A stretch of DNA of 38,787 nt, from contig CAYRJH010000005.1 in assembly GCA_964424685.1 (NCBI GenBank), forward strand, positions 1-38,787, written 5' to 3'. The position numbers and the translations under genes were made by a program. Below are positions 1 to 6,589 of the stretch, one piece after another. Under the pieces are notes generated by a model. It made no database searches and was not told the DNA's origin. It saw only the letters and a program-made list of their open reading frames with translations. Within the stretch, counting starts at the first letter, position 1; every line of letters starts with the position of its first letter. This stretch comes from an uncultured Actinomycetota bacterium (lineage in GTDB: Bacteria; Actinomycetota; Humimicrobiia; Humimicrobiales; Humimicrobiaceae).

Positions 1-38
1 ATTGATATTACAAGTAGCCATAAAATTATTTTTTTCAT
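1..38 (-). CDS. Partial CDS: the N-terminal 12 codons (MKKIILWLLVIS...) of an unidentified, probably exported protein that continues past the left window edge
   Basis: A minus-strand ATG at 38-36 is preceded by AAAGGA with a 7-nt spacer. The Lys-rich start followed by a hydrophobic run resembles a signal peptide. The fragment is far too short to identify. Confidence 0.25.
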   Translation of the reverse strand, partial: MKKIILWLLVIS

Positions 39-92
39 TATTATATCCTTTCCTGTTTTACTTTTAAAACAGATTTTAATAAAATTACTCAC

Positions 93-146
93 GAGATTTG
101 TTTACTTTTGGCCAAGTCTCAAGTGCCTAAAAGTTAGACAAATCTC
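93..146 (-). terminator. Long imperfect stem-loop between the end of the LacI-family gene and the next gene; possible intrinsic, perhaps bidirectional, terminator
   Basis: GAGATTTGT (93-101) pairs with ACAAATCTC (138-146). The stem extends inward with a few mismatches (TTACTTTTGG / CCTAAAAGTTA). A T-rich tract follows on the + strand (147-180); the T-run on the - strand is weaker. The structure lies about 50 nt downstream of the regulator stop codon. Confidence 0.3.
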
Positions 147-197
147 CTTTCTTTTAAATTGGTTTCTTTTTTCTTTTTTTACCACCTCCTAAAATCT

Positions 198-1295
198 TTA
201 TTCCAATAATAAGTCAGTCGGTACCTCCTTTCTCCTAACCCCAGAATTACCAATTTTTTTACAGGATTGCCTGATAACCAATTCTGGCCTTAAAATAACT
301 CTTCTTAATTCTTTATCAGACCTATTTTCCAATATCCCTAATAACTGTTCTGCAGCTAACTTACCCAGCAAATACTTAGGCTGCCTAATCGTAGTAAGGG
401 GAATCTTGATCATGGATGAGATCTCAATATTGTCATAACCAATAACAGAAATATCCTCGGGTATTTTAATACCTTTATCGTTAATTTCTTCAATTGACTT
501 AATTGCTAAATAATCATTGCCCGAAAATATTGCCGTAATATTTTCTTGTCTGCTTAATATATAGCTAATTATACCCTCAATATTATATATACCGCCTGTT
601 TTAATAAATTTCGTCGGTACAAAATTATCGGTATTATTAATTTCATAACGTTTAAGTGTATCCATAAATCCCCTGAATCTCTCTCTCAAGCTAAGTAACT
701 TTCTATTTCCAAGAAAAAATATATTCCTATGACCAAGCTTTATAAGATACTCCGTAGCCAACTCTGCCCCATAATAGTCATCATTAACAACATAACTTAC
801 ACCCGGAATATCCAGTTTGCAGTCTATTAATAAAAATGGGATTCCTTTATCCCTGAGATCCTCGATTGTTTTCATTTTTAATTCGACTGTTGTAAGAAGA
901 AAACCATCTACTCCTCTTTCAATAAGTGTTCTTATATCCCTCTCCTCAAGATTTATGTCATTATTGGAGTTGCATAATATTACATTATAATTTTTTGCTT
1001 CTGCTGCATCGATAACTCCTTTAGCAACTCTTGAGTAGAATGGATTCTCTATATCCGCTAAAACCAGGCCAATAGTTCTGGTTTTGTTAGTCCTTAGACT
1101 CTGAGCTATAATGCTTGGCTTATATTCCTCTTTTTTAATAATTTCCGTAACCCTGTCTCTTGTATTCTTACTTACAAAAGCACTATCTGAAAGAACTCTT
1201 GATATCGTTGTCCTTGAGACCCCTGCTAATTCTGCTATCTCTCTGATTGTCATTTTTTTGAAGCTTTTTTTTGATTTTTTTAGCATCGATACCAT
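198..1295 (-). CDS. LacI/GalR-family transcriptional regulator
   Basis: It has an N-terminal HTH (MTIREIAELAGVSRTTISRVLSD) followed by a periplasmic-binding-protein-like sugar-binding core. The true start is probably Met15 (nt 1253), since the first 14 codons (MVSMLKKSKKSFKK) precede the canonical HTH start. Confidence 0.9.
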   Translation of the reverse strand: MVSMLKKSKKSFKKMTIREIAELAGVSRTTISRVLSDSAFVSKNTRDRVTEIIKKEEYKPSIIAQSLRTNKTRTIGLVLADIENPFYSRVAKGVIDAAEAKNYNVILCNSNNDINLEERDIRTLIERGVDGFLLTTVELKMKTIEDLRDKGIPFLLIDCKLDIPGVSYVVNDDYYGAELATEYLIKLGHRNIFFLGNRKLLSLRERFRGFMDTLKRYEINNTDNFVPTKFIKTGGIYNIEGIISYILSRQENITAIFSGNDYLAIKSIEEINDKGIKIPEDISVIGYDNIEISSMIKIPLTTIRQPKYLLGKLAAEQLLGILENRSDKELRRVILRPELVIRQSCKKIGNSGVRRKEVPTDLLLE

Positions 1296-1356
1296 ATATT
1301 TCTTAAAAATATTTGATTTTAACCATTATTTATAGCTTAAATACATTACTATTCTC

Positions 1357-1370
1357 TGTTATCGATTCCA
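1357..1370. promoter_or_regulatory. Candidate LacI-family (cre-like) operator, possibly for autoregulation
   Basis: TGTTATCGATTCCA matches the TGWAANCGNTNWCA-type pseudo-palindrome at about 12 of 14 positions around a central CG. It lies 60-105 nt upstream of the regulator start codons. Confidence 0.25.
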
Positions 1371-1867
1371 ATAAAATATCACATCAAACTTTATATGTCA
1401 ATATCTGGAATAAGAATATTTAAGGATATTAGATCTATGAAAGGTGAGAAAATTTAACCCATTTAAAAAAATAGTTAATGGCACAGTAGACAATAATATC
1501 CATAAGCTCATCTGCTGGATGTATATATCTTTTTTCTAATTTTTATATCGGTAACTATACTAAGTTACTTTTTATTTCCTGATGCGTTTTTTAGAGGTAG
1601 ACATCCTATCGTAAGTAGATTGGAGTTTTCTCCTGCTTTATGGATTTCAACACTTCAGATATTCTGATACAATTTCATTCCAACATCTCTTATTATAGGT
1701 GTGAGTCTTATTGCATATTAATGTAGGATATCAAAGGAAAAGTTTATGCCAATTGGATATATTGCATCCTGGATACTATCACAATAGTTGCTCTTTACTG
1801 TCCTTACCCCATTCTTTATTGCAGTTTTTAAGTTAGTATTAAATGTTTTAATATAGGTCAGCATGCC

Positions 1868-3049
1868 TCAGGGGCGTTTTAATTTAGAACGAGTTGTATT
1901 TACCCAGTATTTGTCTGTTTCATCCCCCCGCAGTTCAAGCGCTTTTTCAAAATAGGGCAGCGCTTCTTCATAGCGGCCCATGTTATATAAAGTATTACCG
2001 ATCCAGTTATAATTTGATATATTTGTTTTATCATCCTGCATCTCAAGCGATTTTTTAAGGTAAGGCAGCGCTTCTTCATGGCGGCCCAATCTGGAGAGAG
2101 TGGTACCGAGCCAGTTGTAGTCTATCCAGCTACCCTGCAGCTTAACCGCTTTTTCAAAATGAGGCAGTGCTTCTTCGTAGCGGCCCATGTTAGAGAGCGC
2201 AGTGCCGAGCCAACTGTAGTCTATCCCATCACCCTTTATTTTAACCGCTTTTTCAAAATAGGTCAGCGCTTCTTCGTGTCTACCCATATTGGTGAGCGTG
2301 GTGCCCAGCCAGCTGTAGTTTGATATATTTGTTTTATCATCCTGCATCTCAAGCGATTTTTTAAGGTAAGACAACGCTTCTTCGTAGCGGCCCAATCTGG
2401 AAAGATCAACACCGAGCCAGTTGTAGTCTATCCAGTTACCCTGCAGCTTTACCGCTTTTTCAAAATAGGGCAATGCTTCTTCGTAGCGGCCCTGGTTAGA
2501 GAGCTCTCTTCCTTTACTGGCGGCATCTTGTCCGGTTAGAGTATCTTTAGCCTTGTCGACGGTACTTTGAAAATTGGTAAAATCACCTGATTCGCGAAGT
2601 AATTTCTTATATTCTTCACTTTCCATATTTTCTTTAGCATCAATTTTTTTATTAATTAATGTCAATATTATTTCAATAAGTTTTTTAATATGATTTTCCA
2701 TCGGTTTCGTAAGAGCATCCTGCCAATGCGTATTTAACAAATAATATTTCATCGCACCTTTAGGCTCGATATCTTCAATTCTGAAAGGAATGACAGTTAC
2801 TTCAGAATTAAATGCAAGAGATATTTCTCTTGATACCTGTCTGGAATTATTTGAGTATGAAGAAAATATAAGAATCAATAGTTTACTTCGGGTAATTGCA
2901 CCTTCAATGGATTCAGCCCAGTCCAGCCCCGGCAGAATATCTCTGGGGGCGATCCAGCACCTTATTTTAGCAGCTTCAAGTGAAGCGCAGACTGCATCTG
3001 CTACTAATTTATCTTTTGTAGAATATGAAATAAATACATCATGAGCCAT
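1868..3049 (-). CDS. TIR domain protein with a C-terminal array of six TPR-like repeats (393 aa)
   Basis: Residues 3-125 carry bacterial TIR_2-type motifs: DVFISYSTKDK, IRCWIAPRDILPG, LILIFSSYSNNSRQVSREISLA (putative catalytic Glu75) and IPFRIEDIEP...HWQDA. Residues ~175-385 hold six repeats of 33/36 aa with the pattern GRYEEALPYFEKAVKLQG-WIDYNWLG. A GAGGA Shine-Dalgarno sits 9 nt upstream of the ATG, and the gene starts 33 bp downstream of the preceding gene. Confidence 0.85.
   Translation of the reverse strand: MAHDVFISYSTKDKLVADAVCASLEAAKIRCWIAPRDILPGLDWAESIEGAITRSKLLILIFSSYSNNSRQVSREISLAFNSEVTVIPFRIEDIEPKGAMKYYLLNTHWQDALTKPMENHIKKLIEIILTLINKKIDAKENMESEEYKKLLRESGDFTNFQSTVDKAKDTLTGQDAASKGRELSNQGRYEEALPYFEKAVKLQGNWIDYNWLGVDLSRLGRYEEALSYLKKSLEMQDDKTNISNYSWLGTTLTNMGRHEEALTYFEKAVKIKGDGIDYSWLGTALSNMGRYEEALPHFEKAVKLQGSWIDYNWLGTTLSRLGRHEEALPYLKKSLEMQDDKTNISNYNWIGNTLYNMGRYEEALPYFEKALELRGDETDKYWVNTTRSKLKRP
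1895..2527 (-). repeat. In-frame tandem coding repeats (TPR-like units), including a 306-bp (3-repeat) duplication of high nucleotide identity
   Basis: The segment from ~2013 is repeated from ~2319, an offset of 306 bp. The first 52 nt are identical and I hand-counted about 17 differences over ~237 nt. A further partial copy lies at ~1895-2010. Confidence 0.8.
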
Positions 3050-3082
3050 AATATATATTCCTCATCTAAATTAAATAATGTA

Positions 3083-5749
3083 TTATCGCTTAATCTCTTT
3101 GTTTAATTTAATCATGGTATACCCGGCTTTTGCAAGAATTTTATTAATGCCTTTTACCAGAGTACGGTCTTTTTCCTTCTCACTTTCAGAAAGCTTTTCC
3201 CAGGATATAAGACATTTATGCAGTTTTGCTGTCTTATCAGTTTTTTTTGCATAATGCCATCCATTATTAAGCTTTTCCTGCACCCATCGCTCATGTTCCA
3301 TCTTTGCCAGTTTGTCGATTTCATCATTTTGAAATTTACCCGGAGTCTCATTACCTCTGGTTTGAACCATTGCATATCCAACACTTGCCAGTTTATTAGG
3401 GATATCACTGACATTATTCCGGTTGTTTTCTTTATTATCTTCAGATAATTCAATATAGGGTTTAAGTAAACTATGTTCTTTTTTGCTATTTTGTGTTACC
3501 GGCCCATACTTATATCCTTTCGCAGTCAAATCTTCACAGAATACATCATGCGCCGCTTCCGCAAGTTTTTCCAGAAGATTTTTATTAAGCTCCATACGAT
3601 GCATTAGGGTATAAAAATCCTGGCCGTCTGCATGCAAATTCAATTGCGCTTCAGAAGGTATGCTTGAAGGCTCAAAGCTTGTCTTGCCTGACAGCTGACT
3701 TATGGAAACAATTGTCTCCATAGAGCGCGCTCCATGCTTATATTGCCTGGTTAATAAAAAGGCACGAAGCACTCCTTCGTCAATGCTTGTAATTCTTTTC
3801 CCTCCATAACTGTGCAGAATCTGGGGTTCGTTGCGGTCAAAGATTGACCGCAGGACAATTGCACGCCGGATGATATAGTAGGGATCTTTTATTTGCCCAT
3901 AGTCGTCTTTATTTTCCTGCCGGTTTGGGCCGAGGATATTTAAAAATCCTTTCAGGCGGCTTATAAAATCAGGTAGTTTTACCGCTCCGCTTTCCCTCTC
4001 GCTAATATTTGTCCCAAATGTTTCCATACTGTGGCTTGTCCCTCCTGCAAATACAAAAATACCCCTGCCTATATGGTGGGTCATTTGCCCTTCCTGGAAT
4101 TTTCCATCTTGCATGGGGGCAAGAAAATACCGCAGCCAGCCCAGAGTTTGATTTTGCAGAGAAGTATCAAATTCATCCCAGAAAACAAGTGATATCTTGC
4201 CAGATAACGCCCTGTCACGTATTTGATGATAGGCATCAAACAAATCCCCGGGTCCTCCAAGCTGTGAAAGATTAAAAGTTATCTCCTCAATTTCCCCCTG
4301 CCGTACCGAACTTGCTACCTGCTTTACTGCGAATGATTTGCCGGAGCCCGGCGGACCAAAGACCGCTATCGATAAAGGCGTTTTCTGATAACTCTCGCAA
4401 TATTCATTAATGAGATTGCTAATATTGTGTAAAGCTTCGATCTCCCTGCGGTCTATTGTCTGGAGTTTGCCAAACTTCCCCATAGGCACTTCAGGTAAAG
4501 CATGTTCCAGACCTTCGCGTACAATCAGCCTTGCTATATTCTCAAGAGAATCAGGACTTTTATCTTCAAGTATTGCCCAGAAACGGTCTGGTTCTTCAGG
4601 AGAAGTTTCGGAAAGTGCCTGTGCAGGATTTTTAATTGGCACAACTGATAAAAAACTGCAATCTTCTTCTAATTTAGCTGCTACCCCGGCTGCCGGGAAA
4701 GCCAGATTTATTTTCTTTGTTTCATTGCTGGCACGGCCATATCCCATTATATGAAGAAATCGCATAGCGCTGATCCCTGATTGAATGCCACGGGACATGT
4801 CTGGTTCCGGGGTATCCAGCATCAGCTCCCGGGCAATACTGCCGGCAAGACACGATGTATAGCCAATCATATATCCTTTATAACGGTTTTCCCATTCACC
4901 TTCCATGGCAGACGGGTCAAAAAAAAGAATGGCATCCGGTGAAGAATCTGTTTTTTTAGAAAGAAGAGCTGCGCCTGCCATATCAAAAGATATGATTATA
5001 TGAGCGCACTGCGTAATCTCATTTATATGAGGGTTATATAGAAGTTCCCACATCAAGTCCTGTGCAGTCCGTTCCCATGATACCTGGCGGCTTATGTGGA
5101 CCTGGCTGCGGCGCAGATCATCAGCTGTTATAATCACTATTAGCCGGTCTGCATGATTTTGTAAAAGATGATCCCACAGTTTACCCTGCACCACTGGCCA
5201 GGCCATTTTAAGGATAATCCAGGGTTTTGAGTTGCCCCTGGAAAGAGATTGGGGCCAGTATTCCTGGGCATCGCGGAACCCAAGAGCAGCATCATCCAGG
5301 ATTACAAGGTCCGGATTTACTGGATCGTCAACAACTTTTTTCCAGCTATCTGACGAAGACATACCATCATATGCCTTGCATAAACCTAAAAATTCCTGAA
5401 CCCGCCATACTTTTTCTCCCTTATTAGATGCATGCACATCTATTTTAAAAGGTGCCCATATAGCATAAGAATGATGGAAGTGGTTGTTACAGGGATTTAT
5501 AGGGCTTCGAGGTGCAGAGATTTGCCTGACTGTAATACTGGTTTGCCCTGTTTGATTTAAGTTTCTGGCAATACTTTTAACAAGGTCAGCCAGCATGGTT
5601 ACACCCCCTATCTGGCAAAATGAGGTGGTTAAGTTCTCTGCATTCCATACGTTCATAATGACATCTGCCCGCCGCACTCTGGCTATATTCCAATCAATAG
5701 TTACATCTCCTGTAACAACTACAGTCTTTGTATTTTTTTTCTTATTCAT
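3083..5749 (-). CDS. Large multidomain ATPase (888 aa): unassigned N-terminal alpha/beta domain (~aa 1-350), AAA+ ATPase (~aa 425-690), two C-terminal RyR-type repeats (~aa 722-795 and 806-880)
   Basis: AAA+ motifs are Walker A AVFGPPGSGKS (aa 462-472, nt ~4334-4366), Walker B LVFWDEFD (aa 521-528), IFVFAGGTS (sensor-1 region) and KHGARSMETIV (sensor-2-like). The RyR repeats read LAEAAHDVFCEDLTAKGYKYGPV..KEHSLLKPYIELSEDNKENNRN...LASVGY and LAKMEHERWVQEKLNNGWHYA...KLHKCLISWEKLSESEKEKDRT...LAKAGY. The N-domain alternates hydrophobic strand-like stretches (VVVTGDVTIDW, LVILDDAALGF, WIILKM, LIVIITADD, HIIISFDMAGAALL, AILFFDP), which is reminiscent of ribokinase/PfkB-like folds. That last point is inference only. 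Confidence 0.8.
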   Translation of the reverse strand: MNKKKNTKTVVVTGDVTIDWNIARVRRADVIMNVWNAENLTTSFCQIGGVTMLADLVKSIARNLNQTGQTSITVRQISAPRSPINPCNNHFHHSYAIWAPFKIDVHASNKGEKVWRVQEFLGLCKAYDGMSSSDSWKKVVDDPVNPDLVILDDAALGFRDAQEYWPQSLSRGNSKPWIILKMAWPVVQGKLWDHLLQNHADRLIVIITADDLRRSQVHISRQVSWERTAQDLMWELLYNPHINEITQCAHIIISFDMAGAALLSKKTDSSPDAILFFDPSAMEGEWENRYKGYMIGYTSCLAGSIARELMLDTPEPDMSRGIQSGISAMRFLHIMGYGRASNETKKINLAFPAAGVAAKLEEDCSFLSVVPIKNPAQALSETSPEEPDRFWAILEDKSPDSLENIARLIVREGLEHALPEVPMGKFGKLQTIDRREIEALHNISNLINEYCESYQKTPLSIAVFGPPGSGKSFAVKQVASSVRQGEIEEITFNLSQLGGPGDLFDAYHQIRDRALSGKISLVFWDEFDTSLQNQTLGWLRYFLAPMQDGKFQEGQMTHHIGRGIFVFAGGTSHSMETFGTNISERESGAVKLPDFISRLKGFLNILGPNRQENKDDYGQIKDPYYIIRRAIVLRSIFDRNEPQILHSYGGKRITSIDEGVLRAFLLTRQYKHGARSMETIVSISQLSGKTSFEPSSIPSEAQLNLHADGQDFYTLMHRMELNKNLLEKLAEAAHDVFCEDLTAKGYKYGPVTQNSKKEHSLLKPYIELSEDNKENNRNNVSDIPNKLASVGYAMVQTRGNETPGKFQNDEIDKLAKMEHERWVQEKLNNGWHYAKKTDKTAKLHKCLISWEKLSESEKEKDRTLVKGINKILAKAGYTMIKLNKEIKR

Positions 5750-5805
5750 TGATAAATACCCCCATACTTATAGTAATATGGTTAAATTTTAATAACATTA
5801 AATCA

Positions 5806-5825
5806 TGCATATTTGCAATATTGCA
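5806..5825. promoter_or_regulatory. Candidate operator upstream of the ATPase/TIR operon: three TGCA cores 8 bp apart, including the perfect 12-bp palindrome TGCAATATTGCA
   Basis: The sequence TGCATATTTGCAATATTGCA lies at 5806-5825, with the palindrome at 5814-5825. It is 57-76 nt upstream of the ATG at 5749, inside the divergent intergenic region. Confidence 0.2.
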
Positions 5826-6057
5826 TCCAGTAGTTCATTATTCTTTTCTGGTTTCTACAGTTTTATTAACATTTCTGGATAATAATATCATATTTATTAT
5901 TTTTCTTTAAAACCTATATTTTTTGGAAAATGTACGCTATGATCTATTATATTATTATTGCCATACATTGTTACCTATAATAAAGCAATAATAAATACCT
6001 GGCTTCTATGTTGGCGGCCAAAAGATTAAATAATGAGGTAAGGACATTATCGCCCCC

Positions 6058-6086
6058 TTGACAATACCTATAACTAATAATACACT
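6058..6086 (+). promoter_or_regulatory. Candidate sigma-70-type promoter for the RRM protein gene
   Basis: TTGACA (6058-6063), a 17-nt spacer, then TACACT (6081-6086). This would give a leader of about 115 nt ending in AGGAGG 6 nt before the ATG at 6207. Confidence 0.3.
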
Positions 6087-6206
6087 TAAACCCTCTATTT
6101 TGTTTAATGATATTTTAATTAAGAGCAGGTCACTACTTTCTATTACCTCTCCAAAAGAAATATTAAGAAGATTATAGGGAAATAATATTTTTTTAAGGAG
6201 GTAAGA

Positions 6207-6473
6207 ATGCAAGGTAGCAAACTATATGTTGGAAATTTCGGATACTCCACAATTGATTCACAATTGGAAAAACTGTTTTCTCCATTTGGACAGATTAAGA
6301 GTGTTACTGTCATAGGAAACAAGGGTTTTGGATTTGTTGAGATGTCAAGCACATCAGAAGCTGAAAAAGCAAAAGAAGCTTTAGATGGTTCAGACTTTGA
6401 AGGACGCACTTTAAGAGTTGACGAAGCTCGTCCGCAAAGCAGCAGGCCAGAAAGAAACTTCAGGAGATATTAA
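6207..6473 (+). CDS. Small RRM (RNP-1) type RNA-binding protein (88 aa)
   Basis: RNP2 motif KLYVGNF and RNP1 motif KGFGFVEM are present, with a typical ...GRTLRVDEARP tail. A strong AGGAGG RBS precedes the start. Confidence 0.9.
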   Translation: MQGSKLYVGNFGYSTIDSQLEKLFSPFGQIKSVTVIGNKGFGFVEMSSTSEAEKAKEALDGSDFEGRTLRVDEARPQSSRPERNFRRY

Positions 6474-6487
6474 ATATAATCAAAACT

Positions 6488-6528
6488 AACTGCATACAGG
6501 TTCTTTAAAAGAACTCTTATGCAGTTTT
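6488..6528 (+). terminator. Stem-loop just after the RRM gene (first of two tandem hairpins)
   Basis: AACTGCATA (6488-6496) pairs with TATGCAGTT (6518-6526). An inner GGTTC/GAACT helix sits within it. It is followed by TTGATTT, a weak U-tract. Confidence 0.4.
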
Positions 6529-6542
6529 GATTTCTCCATATT

Positions 6543-6589
6543 AATGATTTGCTGCTTATACATTAATTTAAACAGCAAATCATTTTTTT
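6543..6589 (+). terminator. Rho-independent terminator (second hairpin)
   Basis: A perfect 12-bp stem forms between AATGATTTGCTG (6543-6554) and CAGCAAATCATT (6573-6584). It runs directly into a T-run through 6589. Confidence 0.6.

Noticed and set aside
1111-1335. Plus-strand ORF 1111-1335 overlapping the start of the LacI-family gene
   Set aside because: It is antisense to the HTH-encoding region of a well-supported regulator, and its translation is hydrophobic low-complexity sequence.
2078-2323. Plus-strand ORFs inside the TIR-TPR gene (2078-2323 and 2790-3044)
   Set aside because: These are antisense shadow ORFs within a gene that has clear TIR and TPR motifs on the minus strand. Their translations are low-complexity and lack any RBS.
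1895-2527. Regularly spaced near-identical DNA repeats that could be mistaken for a CRISPR array or non-coding tandem repeat
   Set aside because: The repeats are in frame within one long ORF and encode TPR-like units of 33 or 36 aa. There are no unique spacers of constant length, so this is not a CRISPR array.
3154-5427. Several short ORFs nested in or antisense to the 888-aa gene (3154-3453 -, 3218-3448 +, 4009-4275 +, 4410-4754 +, 5227-5427 +)
   Set aside because: All overlap a long ORF that carries AAA+ and RyR motifs. They have no start context or recognisable motifs and are typical shadow frames.
5595-6409. ORF-track entries 5595-5792 +, 5728-5910 +, 6006-6212 - and 6143-6409 -
   Set aside because: They lie in AT-rich intergenic DNA or antisense to the well-supported RRM gene. 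Their translations are Ile/Phe/Leu-rich low-complexity sequence with no RBS.
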